Position numbers and translations under genes: made by a program | DNA from: Octopus sinensis | Taxonomy: Eukaryota | Direction: 5' to 3' | Assembly (NCBI RefSeq): GCF_006345805.1 | Contig: NC_043000.1 | Coordinates: 82,088,001 to 82,152,000, forward strand | Length of the DNA stretch: 64,000 nt | Notes under the pieces: generated by a model | Told to the model about the DNA's origin: nothing | Seen by the model: the letters and a program-made list of their open reading frames with translations, nothing else | The model's database searches: none | Shown here: positions 14,423 through 28,388 of the stretch, piece by piece | Layout: each line of letters starts with the position of its first letter | Position numbering within the stretch: the first letter of the stretch is position 1

Positions 14423-14669
14423 GTGTAACCTTCTCTGTTTTTTTCCGTCCTTGTTTTCGTATGCATACATTCGCTGCTTTCTTCCAAGGAATCTAATGCT
14501 CTTAGCTAAGTTTTTTTCTTGGGGCTGGCCAGATTGGAGCAATCTCGAGTATAACCAGCCGAAATTGCAAAGATAATCTGGAACTCGACTGAGGAAAGAA
14601 AACTCCGAATGACCCGTCCTTGTTTTCTTTGTATCGTCTATCTGGTTGTTTTGCGTTCTTGTCCCATTT

Positions 14670-14670
<1 letters not shown>
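14412..14670 (+). repeat. Short interspersed repeat resembling a PLE terminal (pLTR-like) segment
   Basis: Contains gaCTGAGGA and a repeated ccgtccttgttttc. Layout resembles 21430-21560 and 17150-17300 (minus). Confidence 0.4.
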
Positions 14671-14739
<69 letters not shown>

Positions 14740-15923
14740 CGTGTGTGTATAGACGACGGGCCACAGTTTCCGTCTACCAACTTCACTCACAAAGTGGCAT
14801 TTGTCATTCGTTAGCTCGGGACTGTAGTAGATGAAAACACTCACCCAAGATGCGTCTTCCATATTTGGACGGAACCTAAAACTACTTCATTACAAACGTA
14901 CTTCTTAACCACACAGCCGCAAAAAAGAAAAAGAAAAAGAATACAACACCCCAAAACTCTGGATGATTACGGTCGGAACGTCTTTAATCATATGCGTGCA
15001 CCGTCAGGGCTCACTTTCTACTATACACATTCCTCCATCAATACAGTAGCGTTTTTCAGAATATCATTATTTATTTTTTTCTTATTTATTTAATTATTTA
15101 TTTGGTTAGTTAGTTTGTGCTGAAGCAGGAGAATTGGTATTATTCCTGTCATGGTGAAAGTGCTCTATGAACTGTCTATGGCTGCATGTGTTATTGATTA
15201 ATAATGGCTTTATTCTGGAAATTTCTACATGAAATAGCTGTAGGTCGGAACATATTAGCTATGTTCTTCAGAGGAACAATTTTATGGCGGAGATTTTATA
15301 TGTAAGAGACCTCACATTATCCTGTTTCAGAGGACACACATTGTTTGAATTTATCAAAGGGTATAGTGTAAACGTTGGTCATGTAAGAGTGACGAGCGTG
15401 AGCGTGTATGACTGTGTAACGTGTGTGTGTCTGTGTCTGTGCGTGTGCGGTAATATTCAGAAAGGCAGTGGTTATTAAGCTGCTAATTCCTATGGAATCT
15501 TCAGCTAATAAGTCCATCAGGAGTTATTATTTCGTATTTTGAACTACATACACCTGTGCACACAGATATGTACACGAGCTCGCACACATATGCACACACT
15601 CACACACGTGTGCACATACACAGACACACACATTACACCCCCCCCACACACACATATATCACGATCAAATTATGGGTGACATTTTTGAGTATCGGATATT
15701 CTGGGATATAAAATTAGAATTTTATTTTCTACGCCATTACAAACACATTATAATATCTCGAAAAATATGAGGCAAGGCAGTGTGAATAAGAAGCTTGCTT
15801 TGCAACTGCCAAGTTTCGAGTTCAGTCTCACTTATTTGCACTTTGAGTCAGAGTCTTCTCCTGTAGCCCCAGTCTAATTGTGAATGAATATGGAAACTGA
15901 TGGGAGCCCTTTGTATGTATATA

Positions 15924-15954
<31 letters not shown>

Positions 15955-16258
15955 TACTTGCTTCAGTCATTAGACTGTGGCCATGCTGGGGCATTGCCTT
16001 GAATTTTTAGTTGACTGAATCGACCCCAGTACTTCGTTTTTTTAAGCCTCGTACTTGCTCTCTCGGCCTCTTTTGCCGAGCTGCTAAGCTACGGGTGCAC
16101 AAGCGGTTGTCAAGTGGTGGCGGGGGACAAACGCAGGCCACACACACACAACACACACACACACATATATGCATATATATATGCATGTATGTACGTATGT
16201 GTGTATATATGTATATGCGTGTGTCTAAGTGTATATAAAGGTGTGTGTATGTATGTTA

Positions 16259-16309
<51 letters not shown>

Positions 16310-16365
16310 GATTGATTGATTCTAGTTTCAGCTCATGAGCCGTGGCCATGCTGGGGCACCGCCAT

Positions 16366-16443
<78 letters not shown>

Positions 16444-16481
16444 TATATAAATATATTTATTTGTGTGTGTGGGTGGGTGGC

Positions 16482-16519
<38 letters not shown>

Positions 16520-16881
16520 GTATGTGTGTATATGCATGTATGTTTGTTGTGCATAGAGTTATATTTTTGTATGTGTATATGTACCATAAACTCGTTACTG
16601 AATCTTTCAACCTCACCACTCTATTAATTATAAACTAATCTTTTCTGGACATGCATTATACCTTCTGCACTGAAGATGTTTTCGATATCGTATAATATGC
16701 TATATTTATTTCTACTGTTCATTTTATACAATCCTAAACCGCCCAACCGTTAGCGAATACGACACTATTTATATTTTGAAAATATGTCAGCCAATCAAAG
16801 TGAAATGCTTATTGGTCAAATTGGGTTATATCAAATCATATGCTACATGTACCATTTACAATTTTATTCCAGTCTTCATCA

Positions 16882-16924
16882 CAACTATCCGCCAAACGGG
16901 AACATGTAACTCTGAGTAACAGTT
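16882..16924 (+). ncRNA. Decayed minimal type I hammerhead-like motif (family H2)
   Basis: caactat CCGCCAA acg-ggaa-cat GTAAC tctga GTA acagtt; homologous to 48727-48833. Confidence 0.45.
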
Positions 16925-17090
16925 TTTTGTGATGTTTTTGCAGCTTTAATAAAAAAGTATATTACCTTACCTTCTATATTCTAGTATTATTTTTTCCACC
17001 TTGTTTTGCATTTATGTGCTTACTCTTATGCATACATACATACATACATACATACATACATACATACATACATACATCATACATACATAC

Positions 17091-17156
<66 letters not shown>

Positions 17157-17948
17157 GAAGTCAAACACGTATAGTAATAAACAAACGAACAGAAAGACAT
17201 ACTAAATGCACCGAATGCACAGACGCACAGACGAACGGAGAACAAACACAAGTCACAAATTCTTCATCAGTTATCGGCCAGGATGTTGAGCGCAATTTCA
17301 TGCAATTATCGATAATGTTGCATCCATCCTAGAGGCAGCCAGCAAGGGAACTTGCTGGGGAAGCGAACAAAACATAACAAGACGCACAGCAATAAGGAAC
17401 GGGGGACAAAAGAAAAACGAAATAAATGAGCGGAATATGGCTTTAGAGCCAGGCGAAGACAACAAAAAATAATAATACATATAAAACAAAAAAAAGAAGA
17501 AGAATACATACACAAAAAAGCTGTGGGCTAACAGACAAAAAGCGTGGAGTAACGCACAGAAGGAAAACTGTCCTACAGGATTAAAACAAATGCAAGAGAA
17601 AGGAAGAGCGAGGAGCTCAGAGAAGTATTAACGAACAGATTGAAGGCAACATGGAAAAGAATGACACCGCCATAGATTGTGACCGGTCATATGATAGTGA
17701 GAGGAAGGAGGAACAGTCAGAGGGACAAGAGAACAACAGAGGGAGAATGAGTGAGAGACAGAGAGAAAGACAGAGAATAAAAGGAAGATGAAAGAGAGAC
17801 AAAAGAAAGGAAAGAGACAGACTAGGGTTGCACAAAAATATTCTGAGAATATTTCTACGAATGGGTCAAAAATAAGGAATGCTTTATATTACGTGAATAT
17901 TTTTCAACTACACACACAGAAACACACACATACACACATACACACACA

Positions 17949-18011
<63 letters not shown>

Positions 18012-18215
18012 ATAAATTAATAAATAAAACATATGCATATATACATACATATATGTACTACCTACATCTATATGTATGTATACATGCATATATGGGTACA
18101 GGACAGAAAAAAAAACGTCGAACATAATGAGAAACGAAAATATAAACACAAAACCATATATATAGCTAGGTAGATAGATAGATATGTTATGTACGTATGT
18201 ATATGTGTGTGTGTA

Positions 18216-19431
18216 TAGGGTGGGGAAGCAAAAGTTTGAACATTTTGGAAGCCTTATTTTTCATATATTCCTGAGCACAAATACTAAAATATTGTTTCCT
18301 ATTTCAGGGTGGAGGTATATAGAGTTAATTTAAGCAGAAGTTCCAGACATAGGATCTAACATGTCCACTTAAGAAGCCAATCGACAACGTATTGCAGATT
18401 TGCTACGTACCGGATTTGCAATTATACGTATTGTCAGAATGTTGGGTCCTCTGTGAACAATGTCTACAACGTTACGAACTGAATACTGGATATTGGAGAA
18501 ATGAAAAGTGCAAGGAAGACATAAATGAAAAATGGGATAATGCATTTCTTAAATCTCTCAAAGCTAAAATTTCGAATGATCAAACAACATCCATGAAAAA
18601 ACTATCCATGGACATGAAAGTTAATCCAAAGACCATCAGAAATGCTGTACATACTGATTTACATTTGGGGTCATACGTGAGGACTCCGAGGCACTTATTG
18701 ACTCATGCAATGAAAGACAAAAGGCAAGAAAATGCCAAAAAATGTGTTGCGATAACTGAAGCACAATGGACAAACCGTCAAAATCTTTTCGGATGCGAAA
18801 ATCTTTACCGTTGATGCTGTTTTCAAACGTCGCAATGATTGATACATTGCTAAGTCACCTTCTGATGTAAAGGCATCTTTAGGGCCAAGCCACCAGCTCA
18901 AGACATGAAACTGGGAGTCGTGGCATCTGGCGGAAAGAAGATGCCTCTCCATTTTTTCGAGTCTAGGGAAAAGGTGGGTGCTGACGTTTATAATAACGAC
19001 CTGCGGTACAAGGTTTTGCCTTGGCTGAAGTCTAATTACCCCAACGATAAAGATGTGTGGACCCAAGATAGTCCTCTTGCTCATACGGCGAAGAAAGTGC
19101 AGAAATTCTGTGAAGACAACTTCGCCGACTTTTGACCTGCCAACTTCTAGCTTTCTTCCCGCCCAGGCTTTGCATCCAAGTCTTGATCATTTTAAGCAAT
19201 GCTGAAAGAAGAGTGGGACATGTCTAAGTACTTAATCATGAAGAGTTTTGACACCTTCAGGTGGCGTGTGAAGGCTGTGGTGGACAATGAAGGCAAACGT
19301 ATTGAATAAATTGTCTCTTTATATCCCTCTAAACTTGTGTTAAAATTATATTTATGTTAGGTTGCTGGTTGTTGTAATATAAACAATTTGGTGAATTATC
19401 TATTATTTTCCAAGTTTCGCTTCCCCACCTT

Positions 19432-19432
<1 letters not shown>
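18216..19432 (+). mobile_element. Tc1/mariner superfamily transposon, DD37D (maT)-like, defective
   Basis: TIRs (t)agggtggggaagc / gcttccccaccttg, TA on both sides. Transposase pieces FSDAKIFTVD and VWTQDSPLAHTAKKVQKFC; the third catalytic residue region is deleted. Confidence 0.85.
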
Positions 19433-19518
<86 letters not shown>

Positions 19519-19834
19519 TACATGAGTATGTGTGTGCGTGTGTATGTCTCCCCACCACTGCTTGATAACTGATATTGGTTTGTTATCGACTCCGTAGCTT
19601 AGCGGTTTCGGAAAAGAAACCAAGGGAATAAGTGCCAGTCTTAAAAATAAGTACTGGGGTTGATTCATTCCACTAAAACCCCTTAAAGGCAGTGCCCTAG
19701 CATGGTCATAGTCCAAGTAAACAATAAAATATAAAAAATCTAATACTATCCAAATATATGTATATATAAAACTATACAAGAGTATTGTATTTATAAAACT
19801 ATACAAGAGTATTGTATATATAAAAATAATACTC

Positions 19835-19879
<45 letters not shown>

Positions 19880-21069
19880 AAGTAAGTAACAAGGATGTGA
19901 AGGTATTAATGCATTACGGGCGTTTCAGGCGGCTCCATTTAATCTATCAATGCAAGCATCACATCAACTTCAAATGCACCACCTTCTTCAGATGCATAAC
20001 ACCATATAGGTTTTCAACATACAGGATACCCCATTAAAATTTTTTTTAACAAATATTTCATCAGAACAAGAGAATAAAAGAATTACATGCTTGTTGCTAT
20101 TATCGTAGCAGAACGAACTTAGGGAGAAAATAGCCCAACTATAATTTAGAGTGGCAGAAGAGAATAACAATGGGAGTCATGAGATGGTAATACAGCTACA
20201 TTTATCTATCCCCTTACCATCATCAAAAGATCTAATGCAGCTAGTATACTACGTCCATTAAGAATTAAAACCACTTGGAATTGACAGTTAAGTTCTAGCT
20301 GCTGATAATAAATTAATTAATGTCAGATACTCTCCCAAACCCCAAATGCATTATAGCTATTAATTCGCTATGACTACATAGAGAAACAAATCTCATCAAA
20401 AGTTAGTAAGATAGTGATATACGTCCAGAAAGAGGGAGGGTAGGGGTGATATAAACTATTTTATTATTATCAGTTAAAGGGGCCTAAAAAAAAAGAAAAC
20501 AAAGGATGCCACAGTGAGATCTAGATGGGCTTTAAGGATACTGGGAGGAAAATATAATCAAAATTTAGCGTATCATATTTTGTACACTGAAAAGCAAAAT
20601 TTTAAATTTAGAAAGGGATGTAAGGACCAAGTAAGATGGATATATAAACCAATTTAAGCCCTAAAAAATAGAGTACTTTTCTATAAAATAGCCGCTTCAT
20701 AATACTTCATTCTGGCAAACTTATAAAGTGGTCATACTAAAACCATTCAAACTGTGACCCTATAATTACATTCAGATATTATCCGAGAACCAGGGATACA
20801 TTTTCTATTGACAGAAAACTAGGGATTAAAGGCAAAAATGAGATAATAGGTTCTAAAGCAAATAAACTTATTTAAAAAATATAATTAAATAAAAAAAATT
20901 TCCAGCATTATGAAATAATCTTGAAGGATATAAGGACACAAGAAAATATTATATATATATATATCTGTAAATGTAATGTGTGATAATTGTCACATGTTAC
21001 ATTTATAGATAAATTCCTCTATTTACATAATATCGAGGTCTCTTTCATTCTTTTGTTGTCTTACCATTT

Positions 21070-22485
21070 CTATCATGCTATCCTGTCTTTTCTCGCCCGC
21101 CTTCTAAGGCTACTGGTCGACATTTTTTCCCTCTCGTCGTCCACTTTAATCCAGCGTTTGCAATACTTTTTTCGTCTGGCGTTAACAGCCCTTCTTATCT
21201 TGTTCTCCTTGTCCTGTCTCTCACTGTTATATATTTATTTTTCCACTGTTTATATATATATTTTTTACTGTTTATATGTTTGTACTGTCGTTACCGTCTT
21301 GCTTTTTTTACCCCTCTGCGAAAAGATCTCAGAATTTTAATTGATTTGCTTTTCACAGGAAGGAAGTTTTCTTCGAAGTATACGTCTCGCTTTTATCCTT
21401 CGAAACGTTTAGTAGATGAAACCTTAGCGACTGAAGAAGGGGATTTTTCGTTGTGCTTATTGTCCTGTATCTCTTTTTTTGCTTGTCTTGTTCCTTGGTT
21501 TGTGTCTATGTTTTTCGTCTCTCTATGTGTTCGACGTCTTTTTGGTGTCCTATACACATATATGCGTGTATATGTACATGTAGAGGTAGGTACGTACATA
21601 TATGTTTATATATATGCATATGTTCTATTTTATTAACATATTATACGACTAAACGCACGCACCCTATTAAGTAAGATTGTTCTGTTTATCAAGTTAGCCT
21701 TGATATTAACTCTCACGCGACTCTTGCATCTTTCTTTCTTTCTCTCCCATTCCCTTTTTCGTCTTTTTTCCCTCACTTAACTTGCTCTCTTCCTCTCTCT
21801 CTCATTCTTCATTCTCTCTCTCCCTTTCACCGTTCTTCATGGTCTCCTCGCACCTTCCCCTTCTCTCTCTCTCTTCTCTTGCTCCTCCTCCCCCATTCCC
21901 GCGTCGTCCATCTGCGACTATACTTCGTCGTAACTGCTATCCTGTCTTTTCTCGCCCGCCTTCTAAGCTACTGGTCGACATTTTTTCCCTCTCGTCGTCC
22001 ACTTTAATCCAGCGTTTGCAATACTTTTTTCGTCTGGCGTTAACAGCCCTTCTTATCTTGTTCTCCTTGTCCTGTCTCTCCCACTGTTATATATTATTTT
22101 TCCACTGTTTATATATATATTTTTTACTGTTTATATGTTTGTACTGTGTCGTTACCGTCTTGCTTTTTTTTACCCCTCTGCGAAAAGATCTCAGAATTTT
22201 AATTGATTTGCTTTTCACAGGAAGGAAGTTTTCTTCGAAGTATACGTCTCGCTTTTATCCTTCGAACGTTTAGTAGATGAAACCTTAGCGACTGAGAAGG
22301 GGATTTTTCGTTGTGCTTATTGTCCTGTATCTCTTTTTTGCTTGTCTTGTTCCTTGGTTGTGTCTATGTTTTTCGTCTCTCTATGTGTTCGACGTCTTTT
22401 TGGTGTCCTGTACACATATATGGCGTGTATATGTACATGTAGAGGTAGGTACGTACATATATATATGCATATGTTCTATTTTATT

Positions 22486-22490
<5 letters not shown>
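21070..22490 (+). repeat. Tandem pair of a ~570-bp non-coding repeat (family P), period ~860 bp
   Basis: 21070-21640 and 21930-22490 are nearly identical. Related minus-strand pieces at 23700-24110 and 18030-18150. Confidence 0.85.
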
Positions 22491-22572
<82 letters not shown>

Positions 22573-22848
22573 CATACATATATGTATATGTAAATATATA
22601 CTATAATTATAAAATGTAATTATAAATAACTAAAAAAATATAAATGTAAATATCATATTATATTATTTTACCACCATTAACTATAGAGATATGTTAAAAC
22701 CCTGTCCCCGAAAATTATATAATGTCACACAAGTATATACGAGGATAAATAATTTTAAAAAAATAATAATAATATAAAATAAAAAAATAAATAGAATACC
22801 GCAAGAATTAAAATGAAGAAATAAAGAAAAGAAATATATATATACACA

Positions 22849-22893
<45 letters not shown>

Positions 22894-22908
22894 CGCACAC
22901 ACACCACA

Positions 22909-22955
<47 letters not shown>

Positions 22956-23615
22956 TATATAATTTCAATAGGGGATTTATAAAATGAAAAAAATAAATGT
23001 AAAGTTAAAAAGTAGGCATAAGGTTAACTTATTTTCAGATCTGAACCCATTAGATACATACTGGATATAAGGAGAGATAAAGGATAAAAAAATAAAGATA
23101 AGCATAAAAACTAAAAATAATAAGAAAAAGTTTAAAAAATAATAAGTATAGGTCAAGGTATCCCTAACAAAGCAAATTAAGAAATAAAGTAAGATGAGGA
23201 TAGCATTGGATGCAGTTTTATAAAATAGGATATAATATTACCGGCACTGATATATGTAGAATCATGTAGTTCCATTTTTTCAAGTACCTAAGGGAGGTGT
23301 ACGCTCTAATAACTTATTCTAAATATACCTATTCTGACTGATAGGGAAGAAAGTCTTGGAATTGAAAGGAAAAACAGTATAATCATCGTGTAGTTGGAAT
23401 GCAGGTGTTATAAGAGGGCAATATTTTGTATAATATATAATTTACTATACTAGAGGGTATGTTATGAAAGATATGACACCCCACATAATTTCTACCATCG
23501 AATTCAAAGTATGAGTATAATATTATTTGTTTCCAAAATATTTAAATGTGCAGGTGATGCTGTGCAGGTGATGCTGTGCAGGTTTAGGAGATTTTGGGGG
23601 GCGGATTTTTGGGAG

Positions 23616-23653
<38 letters not shown>

Positions 23654-24440
23654 AATATAAATTATATATATATATATATATAATATATATATATATATTA
23701 TATATATATATATGCATATATACATACATATATGTACATACCTACATATATATGTATATATATATGCATATATGGGTACAAGACGTCAAAAGAACGTGAA
23801 CAAAATGAAAAACGAGAACATAAAAAAACAAAAACATGGAAAACGAACATTTTTTCGAACAATGAAAGAAACAAATAGAGAAACGAGACAGGCAACATAA
23901 AGAATCCCTTCATCAATTGTCCCCTGGTTTATCTACTCCGAACGTTCGACAAGACGCGACTTCGTTAAAACAGTCGTTCCCGCAAAGCAAATTAAATAAA
24001 ATTTGAGATTTGTAGAGGGTTAAAGTGGTAACAAAACCAGGACAGTATGAAAAAAACAGTAAAGACAAACGGTAGGGCTGTTAAGCCATAAAGAGGTGAA
24101 GTGGTGAACGCTGGAGAAGCGAGCTTTGACAGGAGAAAGGCAAATGTGTGTCTTGTCTCTTGTAAAGAAAGAGGAAAAAAGAAAGATAGTCGTTGGTCCT
24201 GTGTGAGCAACGAGAAAGTCAAGGAGGAGGAGTGAGGGAGAGAGAGAGGGAGAGAAAGAGAGCGGCGAAGGGGAGGAGAAGAAAAACAGAGAGAAAGAAG
24301 AAGAATAGAGGGAGAATAGAGACAGTTGTAGAGTGCACATCAGAATTATTAAGATAAAACTTACTTGGAATGGATGAGTGGCGTTTGATCATATAATAAT
24401 ATAAATAATATATATATATATGCATGTATGTATGTATATA

Positions 24441-24519
<79 letters not shown>

Positions 24520-24834
24520 ATATATATATATTATAAACTATACTATAGTATTTTATTTATATACCCATAGGCCTAGACGCATTGTGACCAGCGATGTGTA
24601 GCAACATTTCATGGTCTGGTCGGTCGCGTGATCACGTGATATATATATGTATATATATACATATATATACATATATATATATACATATATATATAACTAT
24701 ACTATAGTATTTTATTTATATACCCATAGGCCTAGACTCTGAAGAAACTGCAGAGCTAAGCGTGTTATTGACTTGAAACCCTGAGTAACCTCATAGACCG
24801 ATCCGATATATATATATATATATTATATATATAT

Positions 24835-24879
<45 letters not shown>

Positions 24880-25199
24880 CTCGTGTATAGTTTTATATTT
24901 ATATATATATACATATATATATATATATGTATTTATGTGTGTATGTTTGTATATAAAACTATATCTGCTTAAAACTATACAGCAGTAATATATATAAGTG
25001 TGTGTGTGTGTTTGAAGTTGTGTAAAGATATTGCATATTAAGAAGAAGGAAACAGAATTTGGGATAATTATTAATCGCGCTTTCGTCCGAAGAACTCCAC
25101 TGAATGGACGAAGGCGTTAATAAAGAATTATCCAATATTCTACCTCTTTCTTCTGGATATATATCTATATATCTATATATATATATATAATTATAAACA

Positions 25200-25690
25200 C
25201 GGCTAATTTGGCTATTTCTCCGTAGACAGAAAAAATGATGAACAACTTTAATCGATTTCCGAAACTTAATAGATTCTCATCAGGGACATCTGCTTCAATT
25301 TGACCAATCCCAGAGAAACAAGCTGCCGATCTGCTTTTATACTTACCAGTTTCACTAACTACAGGGAGCTGGTGCTACTATTTTGGCATACCGTTTATTT
25401 AGTATCAGGGGCCTGTCAAGAAGGATCTCGGTTCACACAGCATCAAGATATTATATAAGAACTTTATATAGTAGGTTTATAAACGGAGCTAATGTACCTA
25501 TTTCTTCATTGACTGAAAAGTGAGGAACAACTTAATCAATTTCCGAATCTCATTGGATTCTCGTGAGAGAGGTCTCTATGTACTTGACCAATCTCAAAGT
25601 AACAAGCTGCGATTCTGTTTATATGCTCAACAATTTCATTTGCTATAGGAAACTGAATCTACTAATTTGCATACCATAAGTGTTAACACT
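25200..25690 (-). repeat. Diverged tandem dimer (~285-bp period), each unit with a hammerhead-like core (family H4)
   Basis: Minus strand CTGATGA gaatct-atta-agtttc GGAAA tcga tt and CTCACGA gaatc-caatga-gattc GGAAA ttga tt. Third copy on plus at 37149 (CTGATGA gaatc caataa gattc). Confidence 0.55.
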
Positions 25691-25860
25691 TTATCTAATA
25701 TATATATATGTAATATATGTGTCTTTATATATACAGGGAGAAGGAGAGAAAGAGCAGGTGAAAGTGGAGATACATATATAAGATAGACAGACAAATGGAC
25801 AGATAGATTGATAGACAGACAGACAAACAGACAGACGGACGGACGGACAGACAGACAGAC

Positions 25861-25953
<93 letters not shown>

Positions 25954-27219
25954 TCAAGCTGAGTAGAAAGTAAGCCATGTTTTGAAACATGAAATTCATC
26001 ACAAAATATTTCAACAATGCGGAAATTTAATTTATGAAAGTAAGTACCATTACAATTAACATATTTGTACAAGTTCGTTTATTACGGTAGCATAAAAATC
26101 TGGAGTTCTGGAGCTGATGAACTCTTTGAATGCATTTTCAACATCGGTTTGATTTTTGAGCTCCTCTCGCAGGAAACCATCAAGGTGCTTGAAAAAGTGG
26201 TAGTCCGTAGGAGAAAGGTCTGGGGAATTAGCTGGTTGGGGAAGAACTCGGTAGTTAAGTTCCCTCAACTTCTGGAGCGTCATCAATGAAACGTGTGGTT
26301 GAGCACTGTCATGAAGAATGATTGGCCCTCTTCTGTTGACCAGTCTGGGACGGAGGAGTAGCAATTTTTCGTTCATTTTGGCAATTTCGTGGCAATATGT
26401 TTGTGCAGTAATAGTTTTTCCGAGTTTTAAGAAGTTATAGTGGATGAGTCCAGCAACACACCACCAAAGAGTCACCATAGCCTTCTTTTTGAAGAGCTCG
26501 GGTTTAGGGAAGGTTTTCGGTGCTTTATTTTGATTCAACAACTGCGAGAAACATTTTTTATTATTGTACAGAATCCACTTTTCATCGCAAGTTACAATAC
26601 GGTCGAGAAATGGATCGGTCAGGATAAGGAGAAAAAGCAACGAGCAAATTTCATATCGGCGCATTTTCTGATTTTCATTCAAATCGGTTTTCATTCAAAT
26701 GGTACCCATTTGTCGAGCGTTTTTAATTTTCCAATCGCATGCAAATGGTTGCAGGCAGTTTTCTGGCTAATTTCAAGTTCTTTTGCCATTTCTCGAGTGG
26801 CTTTACGTGGCTCTTTCTCAATGACGGTCTTTAATTGACTGTCATCGATTACAGATGGGCGTCCACTACGCTCACGATCTTCAGGGCTCATGTCTCCACT
26901 GCAAAATCGTTTAAACCATTTTCGAGCTGATCACTCACTGGCCATTTATCCATCAAACTTTTCGTTGATATCACGAGCAGTTTCAGCTGCTTTACGTCCT
27001 TTTTTGAAGTTGAATAGCAAAATTGCTCGAATAACACGCTTTGATAGTTCCATTTCAGATGATTGTAACAGCGGTGAAAAAATATCAATGCTAATTTATT
27101 GATGCATTTGGACAAGTCTATGTCTGTATTATCAGACAACTGCAACAAAAAAAATGTTTTAAAAAAAATCAAAACTCTCAAAAAATTCTTCATGGTTCAA
27201 AACGTTGCTTACTCAACCT

Positions 27220-27221
<2 letters not shown>
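25954..27221 (-). mobile_element. mariner transposon (Hsmar1/cecropia-like), full length, pseudogenised transposase
   Basis: ATG at 27053, stop at 26056. Motifs KWVP, IVTCDEKW, ILHDSAQPH, NSPDLSPTDYHFF. Imperfect TIRs; TA at 25952-53 and 27222-23 inside a (GATA)n tract. Confidence 0.93.
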
Positions 27222-27310
<89 letters not shown>

Positions 27311-27400
27311 CTTCGTGTCTCATACGACTTTCTAAGTCCCTCATACGTTCGGCTCTTCCATTCCTATGCCCACTTAGTATTGCCTTCCCAGAGCAGCATC
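27311..27400. repeat. Short repeat next to (GATA)n, second copy at 29852-29940
   Basis: cgactttctaa-tccc-tcatac-tt-ggc--ttccattcctatgcccactt--tattgccttc-cag-gcagcat shared by both loci. Confidence 0.75.
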
Positions 27401-28081
27401 AACTCAGTAACCAATACTTTTTATGAAGTCAGATGCTTACTATAAATTCAAGGCATTGTCTCACAATATGGCTTTGGAACATCAATGCTTCCTTCAAATC
27501 CACCTGCATTCAGAAGATAGGGTGTCAGCTTTCATTTGTTTACGTCACAGAGTTGACCTTTCTCGCACTTCTTGTAGAAAGACAACAGGGTGTAATTTGG
27601 TTTTGATTCAGATTGCACTGACGTTACTGCATTGTTACTTTAGTGCATCAGTACTTGGTTATGCCATTATTGAATCCATATTATGGTTCCTCGCAGATAG
27701 CTGAATTGATGCCAGCAATCGTCGGTGGTTGTGAACTAGAGTTAGGAATAGGAATAGAATTGATTAGATAGGTTACTAAAATCAATAATGCAGTGTCACA
27801 GAAAGATCGATACATTTTGATAAAGGTCTCACATCAGATGACCATGCACATATCCAACAGTTGCAAGCGCACTCTCTTTCAAACTTGCCAGATATCGTGA
27901 TTGTCTACTTGGATGCGTGTGTGAAACCATGGTATAGGTTTATTTATATACTTGATTCAAATGCAGACATACATGCTCATATTTTGCCCATAAAGGTATG
28001 AATTATTGAATGAATGAATCAATGTATGTATGTATATATGTATGTATGTATATATGAGTTATGACGTGGATATACACGTCT

Positions 28082-28380
28082 TGTTAAAATGGTATTACAC
28101 AAATAAATAGTTGGCTGTGGTTATCTAAAAATAACCTATCGCAGAAAATATATACTAACACAGAACGCACTCTGTTCTACTCGAACGCAGGTACGATACT
28201 TAGTATTCACTGTTTAACTACCGACTGTTAAACTAACACTTGCTGAACTAACACGGTAAACCAACACGGTTGAACTAACACTGTCAACTACTCCACCTGA
28301 CACTTCACTCAGTTCTTATTTATTGTAATCGGTTAGTCCACCTTCAGTCACGTGGGGGTGTTCAGGATTCTCCCATAACA
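28082..28380. mobile_element. Probable solo LTR (299 bp)
   Basis: Begins TGTTA and ends TAACA, AATAAA on both strands, internal short ctaacac repeats. Flanks gtct/gtat are a 3/4 match to a 4-bp TSD. Confidence 0.5.
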
Positions 28381-28388
28381 GTATGTAT

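Noticed and set aside
14585-14625. CTGAGGA...CGAA hammerhead-like motif
   Set aside because: GAAA is altered, and stems I and II are not convincingly paired.
15265-15395. Two adjacent AG...GTAAG micro-exon-like segments
   Set aside because: The intervening intron would be ~25 nt, and the peptides are unrecognisable.
19880-20940. Possible decayed PLE RT (ITMGV motif)
   Set aside because: Only one weak motif; too degenerate to call without a profile search.
21390-21450. GAAACGTT ... CTGAAGA in type II hammerhead order in family P
   Set aside because: Stem I does not pair in either this copy or the 23910-23960 homolog, and stem II needs bulges.
24735-24795. CTGAAGA...GAAAC cctga GTA motif
   Set aside because: Core words are present, but there is no credible stem I or II; single copy.
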